Positions 19,405-28,699 of a DNA stretch of 64,000 nucleotides are shown here, piece after piece (within the stretch, counting starts at the first letter, position 1; each line of letters opens with the position of its first letter). The position numbers and the translations under genes are program-made. Location: contig JAWAHS010000002.1 of the NCBI GenBank assembly GCA_038889075.1, positions 172,930 through 236,929 of the forward strand, written 5' to 3'. The notes under the pieces are model-generated. The model made no database searches and was not told the DNA's origin. It saw only the letters and a list, made by a program, of their open reading frames with translations. Origin of the DNA: Ignisphaera sp. (lineage in GTDB: Archaea; Thermoproteota; Thermoprotei_A; Sulfolobales; Ignisphaeraceae).

Positions 19405-21546
19405 ATGAAGATATCAAAAGAAAATGTAATCGATATTCTAAAAAGAGCTAAGGTAGACGCTCTCTCATTACCAATGGAACCACGCATAGATCATGCTGAT
19501 CATATAATCAAAACGTCGTTAATGGGATGGACGAAACTCGCAGCTGATCATATTTTACATCCAGAAATGGGTAGTTGTTTGATAGATGTTGTAGGTTCCC
19601 TTATTAGGAGAATAGGTCTACTTATTAGAAGTGAAAGAATAGATGATGGATCAAGTGCCGAGGAAGGGATAGTTCGAAGAGCAAGACTATATGATACTAT
19701 GTTTGAGATGGTATTCAATTTGGTTGGTGCTGAAAGTAGATGGGCAGGCTTTGCCTCAGAAATGGTTGAGCAGGTTGTGACGACCATCAAAAACGCATTT
19801 GATGAATGGGAGGATATTGAAAGAAGAGAGCTTGGTGAACCGATAGTTATTGAGGCCGTCATCGAACTTCAGCTCAGAGAGTTGATGAAGGTTAATAAAG
19901 GTAGGAGCCTTGTTGCAGAGATTGCACAAAGAGTTTCAAAGAAGGTATCGAAGTTAGGGTGTGCAAGAAGCTATATAGAGGCTATGATATATGAAATCAG
20001 AAATAACTTCTATAGAAAGGCATACGATTTAAACCTTTGCAAGTTTGGTAACGATTACGCACTTGGCTTGCGATTCTTGAGACATCTAGGATTTGTTCAA
20101 GTTTCGACAAATCCTGTATTAGCGGCTAGAGCCTACGATGATGATTCTGAGCTATGGAGTAGGTTTAGGAAATATGCAGAGGAAATTCTCGTGAAGGAGC
20201 ATCCAGAATGGTTTAGAGAGCCTGAGAGATACGCTGACGATATAACCATGGAGGCAACCAGGTTTGCACTACTAGATAATTTCTACGTATTTAGGATACC
20301 ATTTATACTATCAAAGTATCATGATGGTCTGGTGAGCTATCAATTAAATCCACTGATTGCACATGACGTTGAGAAGAGTGTGGAAGCTGTAAAAATATTT
20401 GCCACTAGATTGGAGAAAGATCTAGCAATATACGATGAATATCTCTGGTGGGGTTATAGTGTTCCTGAGAAGGGAAGACCGGATCTTGTTATAAAGGTAG
20501 CAGCAGCATATCCTGCAGCAATTGAAATTGCCGAGAGGATAAACGAAATGGGTGTAGGTCAGAATATTACGGTAAGCTACACTGTTAGTCAGGAGGTTCT
20601 GATAGGTGTTGCTGCTATGAAGGGTATGGCAAAGGCTATAAAGAAAGGAATTATGCCGACCCAAACCTACGATACAAACATGGGTGGTAGATTGGAGGAT
20701 CACCTTAGGGAAGATATAGCTGCCAGACTTCTTCTAAAGGGGTTGGAGAAGGTAGAGGAGCATAGAAGGTGGGCTGTATTAGATAAATTAGCAAAAGGTC
20801 TAGGAGTAAAGGAGGATGTATGGGGTGAGGTGAAGAGAAAAGGTCTGAAGAGTGCTGTAGATCACCTATGTAGTCATAGGGTACTGGGCAGGAATATGGT
20901 AAGAGATCCATATATAGATGCGCTGGTGGAGCTGAATATCTATGGTACTAGAGAGGAGACGTTGAAAAATGTTAAGATGCTTGAAGAGGCTATAGAGCTT
21001 TCGGGAACCTTTGTAGCCCAGAGAGTATATGAGATACTATTCTCACCTTGGAATCGTGAAAAGTGGATAAACTACCTCATCAATGAAGTGGGTATTACCA
21101 GGGAACAGGCTGAAATAGTAATTGATAGAATAGATCTCCTTCCAGCATCTAAGAGAAAGCCTATCGACACCCTCTATACATTTGCTTCTAGGAATATGAC
21201 AAATACTGAGTTCCCCGATCACCAACTAAAGGTTGTAAATGAGGTTGCGGAGAAAGGTATAGAGCTCGATGAAATTAGGGAGTCTATATACCAGACCCTG
21301 GAGAATCGATACCTAGAGATATTGATGCAGTATGAGGATTTTGTAAAAGCATACGAATCTTCTCCTGAGCTAAATGACCTCCTTAAGAAAGTTGGCATAG
21401 ATAAAGACTATGGGAATAGAGGTGTAAGTCCTGCTGATTGGCCAAGGTACGGACCGTGTGTAAAGACTATGAATGAATTCACTAATGAGTACCTAGCATT
21501 TAGATCAAAGGTTGTAGAACTTATAAAAACTATATCATCTCCATAA
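19405..21546 (+). CDS. large transaldolase/fructose-6-phosphate aldolase family protein with ~200-aa N-terminal extension
   Basis: GND, STNP, VSYQLNP, VIKVA (Schiff-base Lys), NIT, GGRLED, ASKR in TAL/FSA order. Confidence 0.8.
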   Translation: MKISKENVIDILKRAKVDALSLPMEPRIDHADHIIKTSLMGWTKLAADHILHPEMGSCLIDVVGSLIRRIGLLIRSERIDDGSSAEEGIVRRARLYDTMFEMVFNLVGAESRWAGFASEMVEQVVTTIKNAFDEWEDIERRELGEPIVIEAVIELQLRELMKVNKGRSLVAEIAQRVSKKVSKLGCARSYIEAMIYEIRNNFYRKAYDLNLCKFGNDYALGLRFLRHLGFVQVSTNPVLAARAYDDDSELWSRFRKYAEEILVKEHPEWFREPERYADDITMEATRFALLDNFYVFRIPFILSKYHDGLVSYQLNPLIAHDVEKSVEAVKIFATRLEKDLAIYDEYLWWGYSVPEKGRPDLVIKVAAAYPAAIEIAERINEMGVGQNITVSYTVSQEVLIGVAAMKGMAKAIKKGIMPTQTYDTNMGGRLEDHLREDIAARLLLKGLEKVEEHRRWAVLDKLAKGLGVKEDVWGEVKRKGLKSAVDHLCSHRVLGRNMVRDPYIDALVELNIYGTREETLKNVKMLEEAIELSGTFVAQRVYEILFSPWNREKWINYLINEVGITREQAEIVIDRIDLLPASKRKPIDTLYTFASRNMTNTEFPDHQLKVVNEVAEKGIELDEIRESIYQTLENRYLEILMQYEDFVKAYESSPELNDLLKKVGIDKDYGNRGVSPADWPRYGPCVKTMNEFTNEYLAFRSKVVELIKTISSP

Positions 21547-21592
21547 CCAGCTTTACAACAATTAACTTAGTATTGTTTGGTGGTCTACCCCC

Positions 21593-22876
21593 TTGTCCAA
21601 GTTGTATAGTGAGTTATTTGGGGAAATAAAGGATATACCAGTTATCGATGTACATCAACATCTGAACCCATTATCACTCTCGGCTAAGAGTATTGATGAT
21701 ATTGTGTTCTACCACTATATAGTAACAGAACTTGCATCCTCTGGTATGTCTAGAGAGCTTCTCGAAAGGTATAGAGGGGTTGAGAGGTTAAAGGTAGCAG
21801 CAAACTACATCAAGTACATAAGGAATACCTCTACCTTCTGGTGCTTAAAGTCTATACTCAGAGATCTCTATGGTTTCGAACTAAGAGGTTTAGAGCCAAG
21901 TAATGTAGAGGAGCTGGTTACCGCAGTTAGTCAGAAATTTAGCGATGAGACATGGGCTAAGCACATCTTAAGGGATAGAGTTCCCGTAGAAAAGTCGTTT
22001 CTAACAATAAATCCACTTGAAAGGATGGTACAATATGACAGGGAGCTGTTTACAGGAGCTCTAAGAATGGATCCAATACTACCTAACTTGACCCAGTCTG
22101 GTTTAAGGCATTTAGAGGGGATATTATCGCTAGAGATAGTAAATTCCAGTATACTTGAAGAGGCGATTATAGCCATCCTTAAGAGATTTATAGGAAGTAT
22201 TGTGGCTGTTACAATAAATGTTCAGCCAGACGACGAATTCATCTCTCTAGCTACTAGTAGAAGCGATAAATCTACTGTAGATACTTACCTGAGTGTCTTA
22301 AGATCACAAGGTATACTAGATCCTCTAGCTAGAAGTACCATTGCATCATATATTCTTAGAATCGTACTTGGATTCTGTGAAGAACAGAAGTTAGCTGTTC
22401 AATTGATGCTAGGTGTAAAGAGACCTGTAGCAGGTGCCTCACCACCAGATTATGCTATAACTCTATTCAATCCCCGTCAGATTATTGATCTAGCGAAACT
22501 CTTTTCAGCATATCCAGCCGTAAAATTCGATGTATTTATAGCAGATGCTTTGATGAATCATCCAATGACAGTTATAGCCAAGAACTACCCCAACGTTTAT
22601 CTAAGTGGATACTGGTGGTACTCTATGTATCCAGAATTGATTAGATCATACCTCCGTTTAAGACTTCAGATGCTACCATATAATAAAATAGGCGGATTCT
22701 TTAGCGATGCATATATAGCAGACTGGGTCTATGGAAAGGCAGTGCTAGCCAAGAGTCAGTTAGCACATATATTGACAAACTTTATTGAAGAGGGATTCAT
22801 AGACAAGGAAACAGCACTTGAGATAGCAAGAGCACTTCTAAATGAAAATGCAAAGTCTCTATACAACCTGATATAG
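21593..22876 (+). CDS. uxaC: uronate isomerase-like amidohydrolase
   Basis: IDVHQH metal motif, YHY, GYWWY, FFSDA; upstream of beta-glucuronidase. Confidence 0.62.
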   Translation: MSKLYSELFGEIKDIPVIDVHQHLNPLSLSAKSIDDIVFYHYIVTELASSGMSRELLERYRGVERLKVAANYIKYIRNTSTFWCLKSILRDLYGFELRGLEPSNVEELVTAVSQKFSDETWAKHILRDRVPVEKSFLTINPLERMVQYDRELFTGALRMDPILPNLTQSGLRHLEGILSLEIVNSSILEEAIIAILKRFIGSIVAVTINVQPDDEFISLATSRSDKSTVDTYLSVLRSQGILDPLARSTIASYILRIVLGFCEEQKLAVQLMLGVKRPVAGASPPDYAITLFNPRQIIDLAKLFSAYPAVKFDVFIADALMNHPMTVIAKNYPNVYLSGYWWYSMYPELIRSYLRLRLQMLPYNKIGGFFSDAYIADWVYGKAVLAKSQLAHILTNFIEEGFIDKETALEIARALLNENAKSLYNLI

Positions 22877-22960
22877 CATTTTTAAGATTCTTAAAAGGAT
22901 TGTCTATTAGGGCAAACCTTATATATCTAATCCCTCTTCTATAGCATGCTGTGAACAGAG

Positions 22961-24700
22961 TTGAAATCGTGGTTCAGACCTAGAATACCTCTCGATGGTT
23001 TTTGGAAATTCAAAATGGATAGGGAACTGGTTGGCGATAGAGAGGAGTGGTATAGAGGGTTTAGCTCAGCTGATCTCATATATGTTCCATCATCTTGGAA
23101 TGAACAAAATCCAGAATGGGATCAATTCACTGGTGTGGCTTGGTATCAGAGGGATTTCTATGTCGATGGTTCTCTAAAAGGTAAGCTAGCATGGATTATC
23201 TTCGATGGTGCTGGATACAGGGCTAGGGTATGGGTGAACGGCAATTTCATAGGGGAACACGAGGGGTCATTTACACAGTTTAGATTTGGTGTTGGCAGCA
23301 TCAAATATGGTGATTTAAATAGAATTGTTGTTAGGATAGACAATACACCATCGGTATCCGACTTACCTCCAGCAAGGGAGCTTAATGTAACAGCTTTTGA
23401 CTTCTTTCACTATGGGGGTATCCATAGACCTACATACTTAGAGTTTACAGATACGTGCTATGTTGACGACGTCACCATAAATGCGGGTGGCGATGGAAGC
23501 TTTAAGACATCCATTGATATAGTATGCAACAGACGTGTTGATGTAAAGCTTGCTTTAATGGATAAGGAGTTGTCAGAGGTATTGTTTGAGGAGATGATAA
23601 GAGATGTTGAACCTGGTCAATTCAGATATGAGAGGAGATTCGATGGTGTCAGGCCGTGGAGTCCTGAAGATCCGAATCTATATAACTTTGTTGTTGAGAT
23701 CTATACAGATGGTGTTATGAGGGACTCGGTTTATGAACGTATAGGGTTTAGAACTATTGAAGTTAGAGGGGGGAAGATATATTTAAATGGACGACCAGTA
23801 TTCCTCAAGGGGTTTGGCAGACATGAAGATTTCCCAGTACTGGGTAAGTACATGCATGGTGCAGTTCTCATAAGAGACTTCTACCTAATGAAGAAAATAG
23901 GTGCCAATTCCTTTAGAACCACACACTATCCATATTCAAATGAACATCTAGATCTAGCTGACGAATTTGGCTTTATGGTGATTCTAGAGCCCCCGCTATG
24001 CTACTCAGGTATGGATCGTATACTTAGTAGAGAGGAGATAGCGAAACTCTTTAGTAGTGAGGAATACTTCACGAAGGCAAGAAGATTTGTTGAGGAGATG
24101 GTGAAGCAACATAAGAATAGACCATCAGTAATAATGTATAGTGTAACAAACGAACCGCCAAGCGATATACCAGAGGTAGCAGAATTTATAAAAAGAATGG
24201 CTCATCTCTTTAAAGAGCTGGATCCTTCAAGGCCAACAACATTTGCCTCTCATAGATCCATCAGAGATCTCGCCCTAGGTCATGTAGATGTGATATCGCT
24301 TAACTATTATCGTGGCTGGTACTCCGAATGGGGTGATATAGCAAGGGGTACTGAAGTTATGCTAAAAGAGGTAGAGCAAATCCATCAGAGATTTCCAGAA
24401 AAACCGATAATTATAACAGAATTTGGAGCAGATGCCTATCTAGGACTACACAGCGATCCACCACAGATGTGGTCAGAGGAATACCAGGCAGAAATGATTA
24501 GAAGCTATGTTGAGGTGCTGAGTAAGAGGGATTATGTAGTAGGGTTACATATATGGAATTTCGCAGACTTTAGAACCCCGCAGAATCCACTAAGAACAAT
24601 ATTGAATAGAAAAGGAATCTACAGCAGAGATAGACAGCCAAAGCTATCAGCATTAATATTATCAAAACTATTTAAAAATATACCCACATTCATAGAATAG
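22961..24700 (+). CDS. uidA: beta-glucuronidase (GH2)
   Basis: DFFHYGGIHR, GFGRHED, NSFRTTHYP, NEP and TEFG catalytic Glu, WNFADF, NRKG (N-K motif). Confidence 0.9.
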   Translation: MKSWFRPRIPLDGFWKFKMDRELVGDREEWYRGFSSADLIYVPSSWNEQNPEWDQFTGVAWYQRDFYVDGSLKGKLAWIIFDGAGYRARVWVNGNFIGEHEGSFTQFRFGVGSIKYGDLNRIVVRIDNTPSVSDLPPARELNVTAFDFFHYGGIHRPTYLEFTDTCYVDDVTINAGGDGSFKTSIDIVCNRRVDVKLALMDKELSEVLFEEMIRDVEPGQFRYERRFDGVRPWSPEDPNLYNFVVEIYTDGVMRDSVYERIGFRTIEVRGGKIYLNGRPVFLKGFGRHEDFPVLGKYMHGAVLIRDFYLMKKIGANSFRTTHYPYSNEHLDLADEFGFMVILEPPLCYSGMDRILSREEIAKLFSSEEYFTKARRFVEEMVKQHKNRPSVIMYSVTNEPPSDIPEVAEFIKRMAHLFKELDPSRPTTFASHRSIRDLALGHVDVISLNYYRGWYSEWGDIARGTEVMLKEVEQIHQRFPEKPIIITEFGADAYLGLHSDPPQMWSEEYQAEMIRSYVEVLSKRDYVVGLHIWNFADFRTPQNPLRTILNRKGIYSRDRQPKLSALILSKLFKNIPTFIE

Positions 24701-24822
24701 TTTTCTTTAACATAATAATCTCTGTAATACTATTACGCAGCATATCATCATAATAGTGCTAGAGACCGACTAAGACCATAAAGATTTATATAGCTGTTCT
24801 TTCCGTTACCATACTGGAATGG

Positions 24823-27234
24823 GTGCTGCAGATGATATTAGGTAGAACCCTCGCCTCTATACTTATAGCTACAATTATAATTTTATCACTTCTATCAACA
24901 GTCACCATACAGAATCTAAATGCACAGCTTGCGTTGCCACCAGGCGTTAAAAGAGAGGAAACCGTTATCTTCGATGTTCAGATAAGTAGCGTTGCCAATC
25001 CAGATAACTGGAATCCCTGGGTTATAGGCACACAGGCTACAGTTATAGGTATTAACCAAGTCTGTATGTCACCACTCTACTACACTGACTACAAGGATGG
25101 TGTGACAAAGCCGTGGGTTGCAGAAAGCCTACCCACCTACAGCCCTGACTTTAAGGAGCTAACAATAAAGATTGTAAAAGGCATATACTGGAGTGATGGA
25201 ACACCATTTACAGCCAGGGATATCGTGTATGCTATAAATGTCTCTAAAGCAAATAGTAAGCTAAGTCCATATGCAACCCTAAATGCATGGGTGGAGTCTG
25301 CATGGGTTGTAGACGACTATACGCTTACCATAAGGCTCAAAACTCCAAATCCATACTTCCACTACATGGCCTTTACCTTGATAGGCCCCGGCATATACAA
25401 CTACATGATGCCGAAACACTACTTTGATGCCAACGGTATTACCGCAGAAAATGCGCACACATTTCTCTACAACCCACCGCTGTGTATAGGACCATATGTA
25501 CTCCACTCATACGACCCTGGCGGTACGTGGTTCCTGTGGAAGAGAAGGGATGACTGGGACAGGTCCTCAATTAAGCCACTCTACGATAAAAAGATTGTTC
25601 TATGGCCTGGCCCCAAGTATGTTATGTTTAGAGTGTTTAAGACCGAGACGGATAAGATTGTAGCAATGGCTAGAGGAGAACTCGATTGGATTTTTGATGC
25701 CACTTGGCAGGCATGGGAGTCTCTAAAGAGGATGCTTGGTGATAGGGTGCAGGCATGGTTACCGTATTATCCATATTTCTGGGGCTATGATACAACAGTT
25801 AGAGGTATATACTTTAACAATATGAGGTATCCATATAACATAACTATGGTTAGATGGGCACTCACACTAGCCATAAACATGACGGAGGTTATGACAATAG
25901 GGTATAAGGGTGTGCAGAGAATGACTGTAGTACCGAGTGCTGCTGCATGGCCAGCGGAGGCATTCCTAACATACACACTTTTACTAGACGATCTACTCAA
26001 CATGGAGCTAACACTACCAAATGGATCAAAGATTAAGGTTTACGATCCATCACATCCAATTAGAGTATATCAATGGGCTAGAGCCACAGGTCTACTAACA
26101 AAGGACTTAACGGAATCTGAAATTAGGTGGAACTGGGGTGCTGGATGGTGGAGATACGCACCAGATGCAGCAGAACAGATATTAAGAAGTCTGGGATTCT
26201 CTAGAGGACCAGACAAAAAATGGAGGCTTCCAGATGGAACACCATGGAAAATGAAGTTAAATATACCTGCAGGTTTCGAATTTGATGCCATAGATCTAGG
26301 TCTAGCTGTTGCAGAACAGTGGAGGAAATTTGGAATAGATGTAGAGGTAATACCACTAGAGGCAGCAACATTCTGGACTCCTCAATTAAACTATGGAGCA
26401 TTTGAAGTAGGTTCATACTGGGGTACAAGTGGAAATGATCCTAATGCAATACCAATACACCTCGAAGGATGGAGATGCGCCTACGTAAAGCCCATAGGGG
26501 AGTATTCACCAAATGGTGCGAGATACTGTAATCCAAAGTTTGATGAAGCACTACTAAAAGCTATGACCAATCCACCAGGAACCCCTGAAATGATAAATTC
26601 TCTGAAGGAGGCTATACTAACAATGATTAAAGATATGCCAGTTGCATGGGCTGGAAACTGTAAAAAGCTACTACCGGTCCTAACAGACTACTGGACCAAC
26701 TGGCCATCAGCCTACAACTTCTATACAGGTATCAAACTATGGGGTAATCAAATGGCACAGCAGGTAATAGGCAACCTAATACCAGTTAAATCAACTATAG
26801 ATACTCCAACAAGTAGACCTATAAATGAACCACCACCAGGCACGATAACATTCCCAGCACTTCCAGAAGAAGCGATGAAGAAACTAGCAGCAGCCTTGGT
26901 AAAGCCTACCCCTACCCCGACTCCAACGCCAACACCTACACCATCTCCTACTCCTAGGCCAACCCCGACACCTACCCCAACACCTACCCCAACCCCAACA
27001 CCTACCCCAACACCTACTCCTTCGCCTACTCCTGTGCCTGGTGCTGTAACAGTTACCGTTACTAGAACAGAAACAGCAACAGTAACATCAACAGCAGTAG
27101 TAACATCAACAGCAGTATCAACAACAACAGCAACAAAAACAGAGACAGTAACAGAATGGACAACAACAACAGCACTAGCAATAGCACTACTAATAATAGG
27201 AATAGCAATAGGATGGTTCATAAAAAGAAAATAG
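24823..27234 (+). CDS. ABC transporter substrate-binding protein (family 5, likely oligosaccharide) with PT linker and C-terminal membrane anchor
   Basis: Signal peptide, WSDGTPFTARD, GPY, VRWAL..AIN; PT/T-rich stalk, TM helix + KRK. Confidence 0.9.
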   Translation: MLQMILGRTLASILIATIIILSLLSTVTIQNLNAQLALPPGVKREETVIFDVQISSVANPDNWNPWVIGTQATVIGINQVCMSPLYYTDYKDGVTKPWVAESLPTYSPDFKELTIKIVKGIYWSDGTPFTARDIVYAINVSKANSKLSPYATLNAWVESAWVVDDYTLTIRLKTPNPYFHYMAFTLIGPGIYNYMMPKHYFDANGITAENAHTFLYNPPLCIGPYVLHSYDPGGTWFLWKRRDDWDRSSIKPLYDKKIVLWPGPKYVMFRVFKTETDKIVAMARGELDWIFDATWQAWESLKRMLGDRVQAWLPYYPYFWGYDTTVRGIYFNNMRYPYNITMVRWALTLAINMTEVMTIGYKGVQRMTVVPSAAAWPAEAFLTYTLLLDDLLNMELTLPNGSKIKVYDPSHPIRVYQWARATGLLTKDLTESEIRWNWGAGWWRYAPDAAEQILRSLGFSRGPDKKWRLPDGTPWKMKLNIPAGFEFDAIDLGLAVAEQWRKFGIDVEVIPLEAATFWTPQLNYGAFEVGSYWGTSGNDPNAIPIHLEGWRCAYVKPIGEYSPNGARYCNPKFDEALLKAMTNPPGTPEMINSLKEAILTMIKDMPVAWAGNCKKLLPVLTDYWTNWPSAYNFYTGIKLWGNQMAQQVIGNLIPVKSTIDTPTSRPINEPPPGTITFPALPEEAMKKLAAALVKPTPTPTPTPTPTPSPTPRPTPTPTPTPTPTPTPTPTPTPSPTPVPGAVTVTVTRTETATVTSTAVVTSTAVSTTTATKTETVTEWTTTTALAIALLIIGIAIGWFIKRK
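26905..27180 (+). repeat. Pro-Thr low-complexity repeat and Thr-rich stalk within the binding protein
   Basis: (PT)n from CCTACCCCAACA-type units; GTAACATCAACAGCAGTA twice in tandem. Confidence 0.9.
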
Positions 27235-27284
27235 AATAAAAAGAAATTTTTTTAAATTTCAAACTACTACTTTTTATTCATTAG

Positions 27285-28211
27285 GTGTTTTTAATGGTTA
27301 TAGAGAGGCTTATGGATGGATTTAGAGTTAAGGTATTTTATGTTAATGATATTATTATTGGTATCGCATTGGATATCGGTCCTAGGATACTGTATCTAGC
27401 TCCTAAGGAAAGACCAGAGCTCAATCTATTTAGCATTTTACCTGATTTTGGTGTTAGTACTGAGGAAGGGTTTTGGAGAATATATGGAGGTCATAGGCTT
27501 TGGGTTTCACCTGAGGCGATGCCGAGATCCTATTCCCTTGATGACAAGGGTATCTCAGTCGAGGTTAAGGAGGATAATATTGTGGTGGTAGGTAATCCAG
27601 AACCGCAGAATTGTATTTTGAAAAGTATTGTAATAAAGCCCTCTTCTGTGAGTGGAGTTATTGAAGTTGTTCACAATATTACCAATATTGGTAGATGGCC
27701 TTTAGAGTTTTCTTGTTGGGCTCTCTCAGTTATGAAAAGGGGAGGATTTGCTATAGTACCTATAAAGCCTATGCCCGTTAATGGTAAGGGTCTTCTACCC
27801 GATAGAGTGCTATCTATATGGCCCTATACAAGGCTAACAGATGAAAGGTTCATTCTTTCAGATAATTACATATTTGTAGTTCAAAATCCGTCCATAGAAA
27901 GGCCGTTTAAAATAGGAGCCAGGGCGAATCCTCCATGGATAGGTTATTACGTAGATGGTTATGTCTTCGTAAAAATGTTTAGATATGAAAAAGAACTGTA
28001 TCCTGATTTCAATGTCTCGGTAGAGGTTTATACAAATAATCTATTCCTAGAGCTTGAAACAATAGGACCCTTGAGGAGGATAGATCCAGGTGGAACCAAT
28101 ATACATACTGAGTTTTGGAAAATTGTAAAGGTAGGTGATCTAAAGCCCAACGAAAACGATATAGTGAATAAATTAGAGCCTATTTTAGGTTCACTGTTTT
28201 CTAACTCTTAG
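27285..28211 (+). CDS. conserved hypothetical, galactose-mutarotase-like fold (DUF4380-like)
   Basis: IGPRI, YGGHRLW.SPE, ELET.GP, H.E.W motifs. Confidence 0.6.
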   Translation: MFLMVIERLMDGFRVKVFYVNDIIIGIALDIGPRILYLAPKERPELNLFSILPDFGVSTEEGFWRIYGGHRLWVSPEAMPRSYSLDDKGISVEVKEDNIVVVGNPEPQNCILKSIVIKPSSVSGVIEVVHNITNIGRWPLEFSCWALSVMKRGGFAIVPIKPMPVNGKGLLPDRVLSIWPYTRLTDERFILSDNYIFVVQNPSIERPFKIGARANPPWIGYYVDGYVFVKMFRYEKELYPDFNVSVEVYTNNLFLELETIGPLRRIDPGGTNIHTEFWKIVKVGDLKPNENDIVNKLEPILGSLFSNS

Positions 28212-28699
28212 CTAATCCTAAGTTACCTTGGTTAAAAATAGAGGATTACAGAAAATACATCATTTACTGATCCATAGTTATGGTTATCTAATTCCACATT
28301 AGATTATGCTAATCTAGACAGGGTTTTCCTTTACTATTAAATATTCCAATCTCATTTTAGGTTTAGTACCACAGGTTCTACTACGACTTGAAGGTAGTAG
28401 TCGAGAATAAGACAGTAATACAGATTTATTTAAGATTAGCTTAGGGTATTTGCCGACGAACTCCTATAGATTATGTAATCAAATACATTATACCAGCTTT
28501 CCTTTAAATACTGTTAGGGATAATGGTATCGGTTTAGATTGTTGAAACGGTATTTATATTATGTTAATAAATTTACGAAGCGTTGTAGAAGTATTCTATG
28601 CTAAGTACAATGTATAATAGTATATACCAGAATTAGTGTTTTTAAATAGAGTCATAAAGCAGAAAATTTATACGTAGGTTTCAAATCTACCTAAGTTAG

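Noticed and set aside
26905-27030. Repetitive DNA considered as a CRISPR or tandem array
   Set aside because: In-frame Pro-Thr codons with no spacers; no CRISPR repeats or cas genes seen in the window
26748-27221. 157-aa minus ORF with GV repeats
   Set aside because: Reverse complement of the PT/T linker of the binding protein
28378-28400. CTACTAC/GTAGTAG hairpin (also ACCTAA-G-TTAGGT at 28689-28701)
   Set aside because: Arms of 6-7 bp are expected by chance and do not recur upstream of other sugar genes
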